Assembly: GCA_947258705.1 (NCBI GenBank)
Contig: CAMYJA010000007.1
Coordinates: 144,424-208,423, forward strand
Origin: an uncultured Hyphomicrobiaceae bacterium
GTDB lineage: Bacteria > Pseudomonadota > Alphaproteobacteria > Rhizobiales > CAMYJA01
Direction of reading: 5' to 3'
DNA: 64,000 bases
The notes beneath the pieces were generated by a model. The model was given only the letters and a program-made list of their open reading frames with translations, was not told where the DNA came from and ran no database searches. Shown one piece after another: positions 1-10,011 of this stretch (position 1 is its first letter; each line of letters opens with the position of its first letter). The translations under genes and the position numbers were made by a program.

Positions 1-1
1 C

Positions 2-118
2 GCGAAAAAAACCGCAGGACGCGCAAAACCGGTGAAAGCCGAAACGGCTTCGGCGGCGACGGCTGGCAGCGACTCGGACGGCCCTGCGAAGTCAGGCTGG
101 TGGCAGCGCCGTGAATGA
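2..118 (+). CDS. 3' end of a gene that starts upstream of the window; the Ala/Lys-rich tail ends ...PAKSGWWQRRE*
   Basis: In my own translation, frame 2 is open from the window edge to TGA at 116-118. The terminal GWW-plus-basic motif resembles the C-terminal PNPase-binding GWW peptide described for Caulobacter RNase E, so this may be an rne 3' end. Only 38 codons are visible. Confidence 0.3.
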   Translation, partial: AKKTAGRAKPVKAETASAATAGSDSDGPAKSGWWQRRE

Positions 119-126
119 GCGCCGGA

Positions 127-1380
127 CTACCTGCTGCCCCAGTCCCTGTTGCGCCAGTCTTTGAGGCGTTTGGCAGCCTCGGCCATTTGCGACGGCTCGC
201 CGGCATAGGAAAAACGTAAATACCGGCTGCCGAATTCAGCATCGAAATCGAGGCCCGGCGTAGCGGCCACTCCGGTTTCATTCAGCATTTTCTCTGCAAA
301 AGCCACGCTGTCGGTCGTCAGTTCGCCGATATCCGCGTAAATGTAAAAGGCCCCATCGGCGGGCAGGAGCCGGTCAAATCCGGCTTTCGGCAATTCCCTC
401 AACAGAAGTGCGCGGTTTTCCTCGTAAATGCGGCGGTTGGCTTCCAGTTCGTCGCCGGCTTCCAATGCACCGAGGGCAGCGTATTGCGAGATCGTGGGCG
501 GTGCGATGTAGAGGTTTTGCGCCAAACGCTCGACCGGGCGGACCAGTTCGTCCGGCAGGATCATCCAGCCGACCCGCCATCCGGTCATCGAGAAATATTT
601 GGAAAAGCTATTGATGACGATCGCGTCATCGGAAAATTCGAGCGCTGAACGGGCGCGCCCTTCATAGGTCAGCCCGTGATAGATTTCATCGGAAATGAAC
701 CGGATCCCGAGATCATCCGCGGTATCGATCAGGCTGCTCAATAGCTTGTTGCTGATCATCGTGCCGGTTGGATTGGCGGGGCTTGCCAGAAGCAGCCCGT
801 CGAGTGCGGCCTGATCGTTCAGGTTCAGGATATCGGAGGGACGCGGCATCCAGCGCCCCTCGGCCGTCGTCCGAACCGTGACCGGTTCGAGGTCGAGCGC
901 GCGGGCGATATGCCGGTAGCAGGGATAGCCGGGCGCCGGCAATGCCAACCGCGCGCCTGGATCGAAACAGGCCAGAAACGCAAATATGAAGCCTGCCGAC
1001 GAGCCGGTGGTGATCACCACACGCTCGGGATCTATTTCAAGACCGCAGGTTTTTCGGTAATGGGCGGCGATAGCCGATCTCAGCTCGGGAAGCCCCAGGG
1101 CGAGGGTATAGCCCATGGCTCCCTCGTCCAGGGCGCGGCGGGCTCTTTCAAGGGCGCTATGCGGCGCCGGCGTACCGGGTTGCCCGACCTCCATATGGAT
1201 GATGTCGTGGCCCGATTTTTCCCGTTCATGGGCGGCCCGCATGACATCCATAACGATGAATGGATCGATGTCCGAGCGTTTTGAGGCCGTGCTTTTGCGC
1301 ACGCTTCCCGCCTCCCTTCCCTCTGCCCTGCCTGCCGCCCTTCCCTGCCGGCGCGGCTTATCCGAGTTTTTCATCAACAT
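127..1380 (-). CDS. Pyridoxal-phosphate-dependent aminotransferase, class I/II (aspartate/aromatic aminotransferase-like)
   Basis: The ORF 127..1440 carries the motif SFSKYFSMTGWRVGW (PLP-lysine region) plus ASPANPTG and an aminotransferase fold along its whole length. The start is uncertain; Met21 or Met23 of the ORF are more likely than 1440. Confidence 0.9.
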   Translation of the reverse strand: MLMKNSDKPRRQGRAAGRAEGREAGSVRKSTASKRSDIDPFIVMDVMRAAHEREKSGHDIIHMEVGQPGTPAPHSALERARRALDEGAMGYTLALGLPELRSAIAAHYRKTCGLEIDPERVVITTGSSAGFIFAFLACFDPGARLALPAPGYPCYRHIARALDLEPVTVRTTAEGRWMPRPSDILNLNDQAALDGLLLASPANPTGTMISNKLLSSLIDTADDLGIRFISDEIYHGLTYEGRARSALEFSDDAIVINSFSKYFSMTGWRVGWMILPDELVRPVERLAQNLYIAPPTISQYAALGALEAGDELEANRRIYEENRALLLRELPKAGFDRLLPADGAFYIYADIGELTTDSVAFAEKMLNETGVAATPGLDFDAEFGSRYLRFSYAGEPSQMAEAAKRLKDWRNRDWGSR

Positions 1381-1737
1381 CTGTCCTTCCCACTGCCGCA
1401 ATGCTTCCCGTCTCGCCCAATCTCGCCGATCCAGCACCATGTTCGGATCGTTTTTTGCTCATTCTTGCCCCAACATGATACCCTGTGACTCGTTTCCGCC
1501 CTATCTTGACAGGCCGCGCCACGTTCTCGCCCGAATTCAAGGCGCACAATCGGAGACTGGCGCATCATGACCGGGATTTCCCGATCAGGCATATTGCGCG
1601 ACGGATTCGAGTTGGGGCTTGCCTTTCAAGTATTTGTGATGGTGACAAAGGCTCATTTCAGAGGCTGGCCGCGTTGACCATATGTGGGAACATGTCTAGA
1701 TTTTGCTGAAAATTCAATATAGGAGTTGCGGCTTCTG

Positions 1738-3222
1738 ATGCGCACATATTCAAGCGAGATGACAGGGATGCCGCCCGGCCGCCAATTACCAGCAACACGG
1801 TCTACGCGCCGCCATGCCGCTACGGGGCTCGAGGCAAATCCCGGATGGCGCCTGTTCGTGCAGCGGTTTTCCAGCGCGGCCCTGCTGCTCGGTTTTGTAC
1901 TGGTATCGTGTTTTCCCGGCGCTGCGGCCCAGGCACAGGGCATCAGCTTTATACGCGACACGGAAATCGAAAATCTTATGAATGATTACGCGCGGCCGAT
2001 TTTTCATGCCGCCGGGCTCGGGTCGCAAAGGATCACGGTCAGGATTGTCCGCCAGTCCTCATTCAACGCCTTCGTTCTCGATGGCCGCAACGTCTTCATG
2101 AACACCGGCACGCTGGTGAAGTCCAAGACGCCCAACCAGGTAATTGGCGTGATCGCCCATGAAACCGGTCATATCGCCGGCGGGCATCTTGCGGGCATGC
2201 GGGCCAAGATCAAGGGCGACGCAACGCGCAACCTTCTGATGAAAATTCTCGGCATCGGCGCAATGATCGGTGGTGCGGTGGCCGGAGGTGGCGCCGAGGA
2301 TATCGCGGGCGGTCTCGGCAAGACCATTTTATACGGGTCAGATTCCGTCACCATGTTTTCCATATTGTCCTATCGCCGGGCGCAGGAATCCGCCGCCGAC
2401 CAGGCCGGAATTTCCTACCTCAACGCAACCCGCCAATCGGCTTACGGCATGCTTGAGACCTTCGAGTATTTCGCGCAGCAGGAATATTTTTCCGGCCGTT
2501 TCAAGGATCCCTATGTACGCAGCCATCCGATGCCGCAACGGCGGATTGCGCAGCTTCGCCAGCTCGCGGAAACGAGCCCTTATTATACTAAAAAAGATTC
2601 CAATGCGTTGCAGCTCAGACATGATCTCATGCGCGCCAAGCTGGCCGGATTTCTCGACAAGCCGCGCAGCGTCTTTAACGCCTACCCTGAAAGCGATCAG
2701 AGCCTGCCGGCGCGATATGCCCGCGCCATCGCCCATTTTTTCCAGGGCGGCCTCAAGGCCTCATTGCCAAAAATCGAGGCCCTGATTGCAGAGCGGCCAA
2801 AAAATCCCTATTTCAGAGAACTCAAAGGCGATTTTCTGTTTCGCAGCGGGCGGGCGGTGGAAGCGATCGCGCCCCTTAAAAAGTCCCTGTCGATGGTCAG
2901 GGGCAGCAATCTCATTCGCGTCAGGCTGGCGCAAGCTATGCTGGCGTCGAACCAGCGGAAATATGTCGATCCCGCGATCAAATATTTGAGGAAAGCGCTC
3001 GTCGATGAAAAAAGTTCTCTCGCTTACCGGCAACTCGCCAATGCCTATTTCAAAAAAGGCGATCGCTCGCAGGCCTATCTGGCTTCCGCTCAGGCCTATT
3101 TTCAGGAGGGCAAGCTGAAAGAGTCGCAGAAGCTGGCCAAACGCGCCCAGGCCCAATTCCGCCGCGGTACGCCGCTATGGATCAAGGCCGACGATATTAT
3201 TAATTACAAACCACCGACTTAA
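1738..3222 (+). CDS. M48-family zinc metalloprotease with a C-terminal TPR region (BepA/YfgC-like), secreted
   Basis: It has the HExxH motif VIAHETGHIAGGH, a signal-like hydrophobic stretch ending AAAQAQG, and a TPR-like C-terminus. ATG 1738 lies 12 nt after AGGAG, whereas the track start TTG 1726 abuts the SD. Confidence 0.85.
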   Translation: MRTYSSEMTGMPPGRQLPATRSTRRHAATGLEANPGWRLFVQRFSSAALLLGFVLVSCFPGAAAQAQGISFIRDTEIENLMNDYARPIFHAAGLGSQRITVRIVRQSSFNAFVLDGRNVFMNTGTLVKSKTPNQVIGVIAHETGHIAGGHLAGMRAKIKGDATRNLLMKILGIGAMIGGAVAGGGAEDIAGGLGKTILYGSDSVTMFSILSYRRAQESAADQAGISYLNATRQSAYGMLETFEYFAQQEYFSGRFKDPYVRSHPMPQRRIAQLRQLAETSPYYTKKDSNALQLRHDLMRAKLAGFLDKPRSVFNAYPESDQSLPARYARAIAHFFQGGLKASLPKIEALIAERPKNPYFRELKGDFLFRSGRAVEAIAPLKKSLSMVRGSNLIRVRLAQAMLASNQRKYVDPAIKYLRKALVDEKSSLAYRQLANAYFKKGDRSQAYLASAQAYFQEGKLKESQKLAKRAQAQFRRGTPLWIKADDIINYKPPT

Positions 3223-3246
3223 GCCCGGCTTTTCCATGCCGGAGGT

Positions 3247-4119
3247 TTGTCAAACAAAACAATTGTGGAGATGGGCTTCGAGCCTTTGAAAAACATGCAA
3301 CGATATATTTCGGGATCAAAAATATTTACCGGCCTGGTGTTGGCCATGCTCGCCACCGCCGGCTTTTTCCTTTCGGCAACGTCGCAGGATGTCGGCGCCG
3401 AAACGGCTGCGTCAAAACCGGCCGCCTCTTCCGCGTTCAATCCGGACCAGACAAAATCCATTGAAAAAATTGTCCGTGAATTTCTCCTGAAGCACCCGGA
3501 AATCCTTCTTGATGTACAGGCCGCTCTTGAGAAGAAAATGGAGCTTGCCCGTAACGCCCGGATGGAAAAATCACTCGCTGCAAATGCCGAGTTGTTGTTC
3601 AAGGACGCCAATGCCGCCTATACCGGCAATCCCAAAGGCGATGTCACAGTTGTCGAGTTTTTCGATTATAATTGCGGTTATTGCAAACGCGCACTCATCG
3701 GCGTTACCAAGCTGATAGAGGACGACAAGAACGTCAAGGTGGTTTTCAAGGAACTGCCCATTTTCGGGAAGGAATCGGAAGACGCGGCCCGTGTTGCCCT
3801 GGCTGCGCGCGTTCAGGGCAAATACTGGCAGGTCCATAAAGACCTTCTTTCCACGCCCGGCCGCGCCAATGAAGCCAAGGCTCTCAGGATCGCCGCCAAG
3901 CACGGGCTCGACATGACGCGCCTCAAGGCCGACATGAAATCACCGGCAACCACGAAAACCATCGAGGAAGTCAGGCAGCTTGCAGAAAATATGGGCATTA
4001 ACGGCACTCCGCATTTCTTCGTCGGTAACCGGATGATCCCCGGCGCACCCGATGATTTGCTCGCCCAGTTGAAAAAGCATGTGAGCACAATCAGGAAAGA
4101 AGGGTGCAGTATCTGCTAA
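3247..4119 (+). CDS. DsbA-family periplasmic thiol:disulfide oxidoreductase
   Basis: It has the thioredoxin-fold CxxC motif FFDYNCGYCKR and an N-terminal membrane anchor/signal (IFTGLVLAMLATAGFFLSA). The start is ambiguous: TTG 3247, ATG 3271 or ATG 3295. Confidence 0.85.
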   Translation: MSNKTIVEMGFEPLKNMQRYISGSKIFTGLVLAMLATAGFFLSATSQDVGAETAASKPAASSAFNPDQTKSIEKIVREFLLKHPEILLDVQAALEKKMELARNARMEKSLAANAELLFKDANAAYTGNPKGDVTVVEFFDYNCGYCKRALIGVTKLIEDDKNVKVVFKELPIFGKESEDAARVALAARVQGKYWQVHKDLLSTPGRANEAKALRIAAKHGLDMTRLKADMKSPATTKTIEEVRQLAENMGINGTPHFFVGNRMIPGAPDDLLAQLKKHVSTIRKEGCSIC

Positions 4120-4231
4120 AGCCCGGTTGCAGAAACGCCAAAATCTGCTAAACGATGCGGTTCGTTTTGTGTTCTCGCCGGTTGTCGATGCTGGCGAAAC
4201 CAATCTCTCTCGATCGAGCGAATGAGACCGT

Positions 4232-4675
4232 ATGGACAAACCCGTCTATATTCTGAATGGACCCAATCTCAATCTTCTCGGTACGCGTGAACCCGAGGTT
4301 TACGGGCACGAGACGCTTGAGGACCTTGAGGCGCGTGCTGCGAAAAAAGCTTTGAGCCTGGGCATGGGCATTATATTCAGGCAATCCAATTCCGAAGGCG
4401 AGCTGGTGGACTGGATACAGGAAGCGGGGCGCGAAGGCGCCGGGCTGATCATCAATGCCGGTGCCTATACGCACACGTCGGTGGCGCTGCTGGATGCGCT
4501 TTCTTCTGTCAATATTCCGGCGATAGAAGTGCATTTATCCAACATATTCGCGCGAGAGGACTTTCGGCATCACTCCTATATCTCTAAGGTGGCGCATGGT
4601 GTTATCTGCGGCTTCGGTCCACCTGGATATGAATTTGCGCTTGAAGCGCTTCAACAACAGATAAGAACAAATTAA
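4232..4675 (+). CDS. aroQ: Type II 3-dehydroquinate dehydratase
   Basis: It is 147 aa and shows the typical N-terminus [19 protein letters not shown] and the motif AYTHTSVAL. It lies upstream of accBC, as in many bacteria. Confidence 0.95.
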   Translation: MDKPVYILNGPNLNLLGTREPEVYGHETLEDLEARAAKKALSLGMGIIFRQSNSEGELVDWIQEAGREGAGLIINAGAYTHTSVALLDALSSVNIPAIEVHLSNIFAREDFRHHSYISKVAHGVICGFGPPGYEFALEALQQQIRTN

Positions 4676-4687
4676 TTACGGGTGACT

Positions 4688-5215
4688 ATGGCAAAGGGCA
4701 CGAGTGGGCGCAAAACGGCTCCAAAAACGGCTCCCAAAAAACAACAGGCCGGGGAGAACGAGAAGGAAATCATTCGCGAACTCGCGGACCTTCTGACCGA
4801 GACAGGCCTTACTGAAATTGAAATAGAACGCACCGGTCTGCGCGTGCGCGTTGCCCGCGGCGGTGGCATAGCGCCCGTGACACAGCCAATGGCTGCGGTT
4901 GAGGCCCCGGCGCACCCGGCAAGCGCCAAGCCTTCTGCCGAGAGCGGCGAGGACAGCGCTCCTGCGCCGGTCGAAGGACATCCTGGCGTCGTGCCATCGC
5001 CGATGGTCGGCACCGCCTATCTCGCGCCCGAACCCGGTGCGCCGCCTTTTATCGATATCGGATCGAAAGTCGCGGAAGGGCAAACGCTCATGATCATCGA
5101 GGCCATGAAAACGATGAACCAGATCCCTTCTCCGAAAAGCGGTACGGTCAAGGCCATTCTCATAGAGGATGGGCATCCGGTCGAATTTGGCGAACCTCTG
5201 GTCATTTTGGAATAA
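4688..5215 (+). CDS. accB: Acetyl-CoA carboxylase biotin carboxyl carrier protein
   Basis: It has the biotinyl-lysine motif EAMKTMN and a Pro/Ala-rich linker, and it sits directly upstream of accC. Confidence 0.95.
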   Translation: MAKGTSGRKTAPKTAPKKQQAGENEKEIIRELADLLTETGLTEIEIERTGLRVRVARGGGIAPVTQPMAAVEAPAHPASAKPSAESGEDSAPAPVEGHPGVVPSPMVGTAYLAPEPGAPPFIDIGSKVAEGQTLMIIEAMKTMNQIPSPKSGTVKAILIEDGHPVEFGEPLVILE

Positions 5216-5222
5216 GCCCGGG

Positions 5223-6563
5223 ATGTTCGAAAAAATCCTCATTGCCAATCGCGGCGAAATCGCGCTCAGGATTCAACGCGCCTGCAAGGAACTCGGCATC
5301 AAGACGGTTGCCGTACATTCAACGGCCGACGAGGACGCAATGCATGTCCGCCTGGCCGACGAAAGCGTGTGCATCGGGCCAGCACCGGCGGCCCAGAGCT
5401 ATCTCGACATTCCATCGCTGGTTGCCGCCTGCGAAATCACCGGCGCCGAGGCCGTTCATCCAGGATATGGCTTCCTTTCCGAGAATGCTCGCTTCGCCGA
5501 TATTCTCGATGAGCACAAGGTCGCCTTCATCGGTCCGACGGCAGAACATATCCGTCTGATGGGAGACAAGATCGCCGCCAAGGAAACCGCGCAGCGTCTC
5601 GGCATTCCCGTCGTTCCGGGTTCGGACGGGGCCGTGGGGAGCAATGAAGAAGCGGCGGAAGTCGCCGAAAAAATTGGTTTTCCGTTGCTCGTCAAGGCAT
5701 CCTCCGGCGGTGGCGGCCGGGGCATGAAGCTGGCAGAAACAGCCGAGGATCTTCCAACCGCCCTCTCGACCGCCCGGTCGGAGGCCAAGTCAGCCTTCGG
5801 CGACGATGCGGTTTACCTGGAAAAATACCTCAAGAAACCACGGCATATCGAAGTACAGGTACTGGGTGACGGGCTCGGCCATGCGGTTCATCTCGGTGAA
5901 CGGGACTGCTCGCTGCAACGGCGCCATCAAAAAGTTTTCGAGGAGGCGCCCTCGCCCGCCCTCAATTCGGAGGAGCGCGCGCGCATTGGCGCCATCGTTG
6001 CCAAGGCGGTTGCCGATCTCAAATATCGTGGCGTTGGCACTGTCGAATTTCTCTATGAGAATGGCGAGTTTTATTTCATTGAAATGAATACGCGACTGCA
6101 GGTCGAACACCCCGTCACCGAAATGATCACGGGCCTCGATCTGGTGATCGAACAAATCCGCACCGCCAGCGGCGCGCCGCTGGCCTTGTCCCAGGACGAC
6201 ATCCAGTTTTCAGGCCACGCCATCGAATGCCGGATAAACGCGGAGAACCCGAAAACATTCACGCCCTCGCCCGGAACCATCAGCTATTTTCATACGCCGG
6301 GCGGCCTCGGGGTACGGGTTGATTCAGGTGTCTATCAGGGCTATACGATCCCGCCCTATTACGACAGCCTGATCGGCAAGCTCATAGTGCACGGCAAGAA
6401 CCGCAATGAATGTCTGATGCGGCTGAGACGCGCTCTCAGCGAGTTTGTCATTGACGGGATCGAGACCACGATCCCGCTTTTTTCGGAACTCATTTCCGAG
6501 CCTGATATCGTCAATGGAATTTATGACATTCACTGGCTCGAAAAATATCTGAAAAGACCTTAA
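5223..6563 (+). CDS. accC: Acetyl-CoA carboxylase biotin carboxylase subunit
   Basis: It has the canonical N-terminus MFEKILIANRGEIALRI and an ATP-grasp body. The track ORF start at 5169 overlaps accB and is an upstream in-frame extension. Confidence 0.97.
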   Translation: MFEKILIANRGEIALRIQRACKELGIKTVAVHSTADEDAMHVRLADESVCIGPAPAAQSYLDIPSLVAACEITGAEAVHPGYGFLSENARFADILDEHKVAFIGPTAEHIRLMGDKIAAKETAQRLGIPVVPGSDGAVGSNEEAAEVAEKIGFPLLVKASSGGGGRGMKLAETAEDLPTALSTARSEAKSAFGDDAVYLEKYLKKPRHIEVQVLGDGLGHAVHLGERDCSLQRRHQKVFEEAPSPALNSEERARIGAIVAKAVADLKYRGVGTVEFLYENGEFYFIEMNTRLQVEHPVTEMITGLDLVIEQIRTASGAPLALSQDDIQFSGHAIECRINAENPKTFTPSPGTISYFHTPGGLGVRVDSGVYQGYTIPPYYDSLIGKLIVHGKNRNECLMRLRRALSEFVIDGIETTIPLFSELISEPDIVNGIYDIHWLEKYLKRP

Positions 6564-6607
6564 ATAGTTATTGGGGGGAGTGTTTCTGATAACGGGATTA
6601 GTCCAAT

Positions 6608-7324
6608 ATGGCCTCCTTTGACGACATTGCCATAGAGATTACGCCACAGGTCTTGCTGAAGGCCTATGGATGCGGGATTTTTCCAATGGCGGAGAGCGCC
6701 GATGATCCGGCACTCTACTGGATCGAGCCGCGTCACCGGGGCGTCCTTCCGCTCGACAATATTCATATTTCGCGGCGGCTGGCGCGGACAATCCGGGCGG
6801 AGTCCCTGGAAGTCCGCATTGATTCAGATTTTCAAAAGGTCATTGACGGTTGCGCGGGCGACAATCCATCGCGCCCCTCCACCTGGATCAATGAGCGAAT
6901 TCGCGAGCTTTATGCAGAACTCTTCGATATGGGCCATTGCCATACGTTCGAGACCTGGAGCGATGGCGCATTGGTCGGCGGGCTATACGGCGTTCATCTC
7001 GATGGTGCTTTTTTTGGCGAAAGCATGTTTTCCGAGGTGCGCGACGCCAGTAAAATCGCCTTGATGCATCTCGCTGCCCACATGATCAAGGGCGGTTTCC
7101 GATTGCTAGATACGCAATTCGTAACGGACCATTTGCGCCAGTTCGGCGCGCGAGAAATCGAGCGCAAGCGTTTTCAGGTCATGCTCGAAAACGCCCTTGA
7201 GGTATCGGGCCGCTTTCCGCAACCGGGAGACACGTTAAGTGGCGTCGAGGTGATCGACATCATCCGCGGCAATCACCGGAAAATGGCGATGGACAAGAAA
7301 CAGCAGGTTGGGGACAAGGCCTAG
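6608..7324 (+). CDS. aat: Leucyl/phenylalanyl-tRNA--protein transferase
   Basis: It shows the motifs LLKAYGCGIFPM, YWIEPRHRGVLPL and GESMFS, which are typical of Aat. Confidence 0.93.
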   Translation: MASFDDIAIEITPQVLLKAYGCGIFPMAESADDPALYWIEPRHRGVLPLDNIHISRRLARTIRAESLEVRIDSDFQKVIDGCAGDNPSRPSTWINERIRELYAELFDMGHCHTFETWSDGALVGGLYGVHLDGAFFGESMFSEVRDASKIALMHLAAHMIKGGFRLLDTQFVTDHLRQFGAREIERKRFQVMLENALEVSGRFPQPGDTLSGVEVIDIIRGNHRKMAMDKKQQVGDKA

Positions 7325-7806
7325 CGCCGGCGCAGGCGGCGATAGCGGCGGCGGGGTTGGGATTTTCGTTTGGACGGATCGACGGCGACGAAGGCCGGCT
7401 TGGCGCAACCGGTCAGCCATACATCATAGACCGGGTGTTCTACCGCGTTCAGTCCCGGGCTCTGTGCAAACATCCAGCCGGCGAACAGCCTCTTTTCCGA
7501 GCCGTCGAGTTTTCTTTCCTCAACATCCACAAAAGTCGTGGTCCGGGGCGGCTCCGTCGGCGGGCGGGTATAGCAGACATGGGGTGTGACCTTGAGTGCG
7601 CCGAACTCGACTGTTTCGCCAAGGGCGACTTCGAGCCTCGATATGCGCGCCGTGACCTTGTCGAGAGCGGCGAAGATTGCGACGCCATTGGGAATGTTTT
7701 CTGCCAGGGCGGGGGATGCATTTGCCAGCATCACGGCCGGAAAAATACAGGCGATGCGGCCGAGTTTTCCTAGGTGATTTTTAATCCTGACCATCTCTTC
7801 TCGCAT
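7321..7806 (-). CDS. DUF2155-family secreted protein
   Basis: It has a signal peptide ending ASPALA and a conserved core (AIFAALDKVTARISRLEV...FGALKVTPHVCYTRPP) that I recognise as the DUF2155 family. That family usually neighbours aat in Rhizobiales. Confidence 0.7.
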   Translation of the reverse strand: MREEMVRIKNHLGKLGRIACIFPAVMLANASPALAENIPNGVAIFAALDKVTARISRLEVALGETVEFGALKVTPHVCYTRPPTEPPRTTTFVDVEERKLDGSEKRLFAGWMFAQSPGLNAVEHPVYDVWLTGCAKPAFVAVDPSKRKSQPRRRYRRLRRR

Positions 7807-7918
7807 ATTGATATTGTCCGGCCCGTTCGGGAATTCCCGCCGAATCTCATCGGCTTTTCATAACATGGGCCATACTAGCCTGAAAATTGGCAAAAATACT
7901 GCCGAATTGCAGTTTTCG

Positions 7919-8668
7919 TTAAACGCGTGCCTCAACGCGGATGCGGACATAATCCGCCGTCCAGTTATTGCCGCTGTCGCAAAGAACCGGCCTGAGCAGC
8001 TCCACGGTATCCGACATGGCCGCCCCTCTCTCAGATTGTTCGAACTGGTCGAAAAAGGGCTTCCGGAAGGTATAGAGCCAATCTTCCATTTCGCCTGGCA
8101 ATGGGGTCGGACGTGGGTGGAGTTCGCACCGCCCGACTTCAAAACCGGCTTTTTCGAGCTTGCCGCGATATTCGCTCACGGTCGGGTAATACCACGGTCC
8201 TGCGATATCCATATCGCCGCCGCGCTCACGGGCGACGGCGCGCATGGCCGTTACGATCGCGGCGACATTGCCGTGTCCGCCGAATTCGGCGACGAAACGG
8301 CCGCCGGGCTTCAACACCTCTCCAATGCGTTTGATGATCCGGTCCGGCTGCAATATCCAATGCAGGACCGCGTTTGAAAACACGGCGTCGAACTGATGTT
8401 CGAATTTCATTTCAAGCGCGTCCATCTCGCGTGCGTCAAGGCCGCGCGCCCGCGACGCTTCCAGCAGATCGGCGCTGGTGTCGATACCGATCACATGAGC
8501 GCCCTTCGAGCATATGATTTCTGTGAGCGCCCCATCGCCGCATCCGAGATCGAGAATATACTCACCATGCCTTGGCGCCAGCCAGCTCAGGATCTCAGCG
8601 CCGAGTTCGGAGACGAAACGGGCATTTCGTGCGTAAGTTTCGGCGTTCCATGTCTGTTGATCGTTCAT
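7919..8668 (-). CDS. Class I SAM-dependent methyltransferase (trans-aconitate methyltransferase-like)
   Basis: SAM-binding motif I is present (ILDLGCGDG). ATG 8668 (MNDQQTWNAETYARNARF) is the sensible start. The 85 upstream codons of track ORF 7919..8923 overlap the next gene. Confidence 0.85.
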   Translation of the reverse strand: MNDQQTWNAETYARNARFVSELGAEILSWLAPRHGEYILDLGCGDGALTEIICSKGAHVIGIDTSADLLEASRARGLDAREMDALEMKFEHQFDAVFSNAVLHWILQPDRIIKRIGEVLKPGGRFVAEFGGHGNVAAIVTAMRAVARERGGDMDIAGPWYYPTVSEYRGKLEKAGFEVGRCELHPRPTPLPGEMEDWLYTFRKPFFDQFEQSERGAAMSDTVELLRPVLCDSGNNWTADYVRIRVEARV

Positions 8669-8682
8669 AATTCCCGGTCCGG

Positions 8683-9081
8683 TTATTCCGGCTCCCAGGC
8701 CTCGTAATCGCCCGTTGCCGCGGGTCGCTGGCCGGTGGAGAGCGTGCTGCCCTGCGGCCGGTAGGCCTTTGGCGTGCCGGTATGGTTCGGCTGATGTGAT
8801 TCCTGCCAGGGGTGGGGCATGTAGTCGGTCACCGTCGGCGGCTCGTCCTCGGTGTAATGCAGCCAGCCATGCCAGTCCGGCGGCACCAGTGTGGCCTCGG
8901 CAAGGTCCTTGTATATGACCCACCGGCGCGGCACGTCCAATGGGCCCACGCCACTGGATTGCTGATAATAGCGGTTGCCGAACTCATCCTCTCCGACAAG
9001 CTGCCCCTTGCGCCATGTGTAGATCCTCTGGCCAAGCGTATTGCCGCTCCACCATATGAAAAGCTCTCGAAAGACACCCAT
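8683..9081 (-). CDS. NDUFA12-family protein (NADH:ubiquinone oxidoreductase subunit B17.2-like)
   Basis: The sequence MGVFRELFIWWSGNTLGQRIYTWRKG...DEFGNRYY...PPDWHGWLHYT is a typical NDUFA12 signature. Confidence 0.85.
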   Translation of the reverse strand: MGVFRELFIWWSGNTLGQRIYTWRKGQLVGEDEFGNRYYQQSSGVGPLDVPRRWVIYKDLAEATLVPPDWHGWLHYTEDEPPTVTDYMPHPWQESHQPNHTGTPKAYRPQGSTLSTGQRPAATGDYEAWEPE

Positions 9082-9289
9082 TTCCGATCCAAATCCTCGT
9101 TGAAATCCGCGCATAGGCGGCGCACAGACCGCACCCCTGTTGGCTCAGCTTATGGCATTTTTTGTCGCGTACTGTCCAGAAAATCCATGGCCGCGTTGAT
9201 TTTCAGTGGTGGTGATGACGGTTAATTTCGTGCTAAACAGGACGAGCGCGCAAAGCGATGCGCGGGACATGAAATAGAGAAATTTGAGC

Positions 9290-9871
9290 ATGGACAGAAC
9301 AAGGCAAAAAGTCTCCCGGACCGTCTCCCGGCGTGATGTTCTCTTGCGTGGCGGCGCATATGGTGCGTTTGCATATGCATTGGGGCTGGCCGGAAATGCC
9401 CAGGCGCAGGGCGTTCACGGATATCGTAACAGACTCAAGCGCTATCAGGCCTACAAGAAGCAGAATCCGAAACCGGAACAATCGTGGCTCGACGGAATCC
9501 TGCCCAATACGAAGAAAGCGGTTGACCCGGCTTCAACGCCGCATCCGGCTCTTTTCCATGCCGCCATGAGTTGTACCGACCGTGGAGCCAAGGCCCGTTT
9601 GTACTGCCTCAAGGCCATCAAGAGCGGCGACGGCACGCTCGGCCCCTGCCTGCAAGCCGTCGAGGCGATGATTCCCGTAGCCAATGCCCTGGGCAAGCTT
9701 TCGGAGCTCGATGCGGTGCGTCTCCGGGAGATGGCGAAACTCTCGCTCAGGTTCCTTGACGATTGCGAAACGCAATGCCGACAACGCGGCGCCGGACATC
9801 CCGCGCTGCAGGCCTGTGCCGCAAGTTGCGCCGATTGCAAGCGTGCAGTCAAAACGCTCCTGAGTTCGTGA
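9290..9871 (+). CDS. Tat-secreted Cys-rich four-helix-bundle protein (DUF326/Csp-related)
   Basis: It has the twin-arginine signal SRRDVLLRGGAYGAFAYALGLAGNAQA. The C-terminal ~110 aa carry regularly spaced Cys in helical context (SCTDRG..YCLKAI..PCLQAVEAM..DCETQCRQ..LQACAASCADCKRAV). Confidence 0.6.
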   Translation: MDRTRQKVSRTVSRRDVLLRGGAYGAFAYALGLAGNAQAQGVHGYRNRLKRYQAYKKQNPKPEQSWLDGILPNTKKAVDPASTPHPALFHAAMSCTDRGAKARLYCLKAIKSGDGTLGPCLQAVEAMIPVANALGKLSELDAVRLREMAKLSLRFLDDCETQCRQRGAGHPALQACAASCADCKRAVKTLLSS

Positions 9872-10011
9872 CGCCCCCGGCCTACACCCCATGAGGGAGG
9901 CAGTTTGCGGGGGGCTATTCGTACAATTTCCTGCCCTCCGCTGTTTGCCGTAGACAGGGGGAAGGGAGCGTACGCGGTTTTAATCCGTCCCGGATCCGCC
10001 GGTCGGTCCGG

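Noticed and set aside
5169-5222. Upstream in-frame extensions of track ORFs: accC from 5169, the methyltransferase to 8923, fadE to 55573, soxF to 58399 and DUF899 from 35313
   Set aside because: The conserved N-termini begin at internal ATGs that have better spacing or SD context. The extensions overlap neighbouring genes or add non-homologous leaders.
7321-7324. Convergent aat and DUF2155 genes share overlapping stop codons within CTAG
   Set aside because: This is a real but trivial 4-bp tail-to-tail overlap, and no functional inference is justified.
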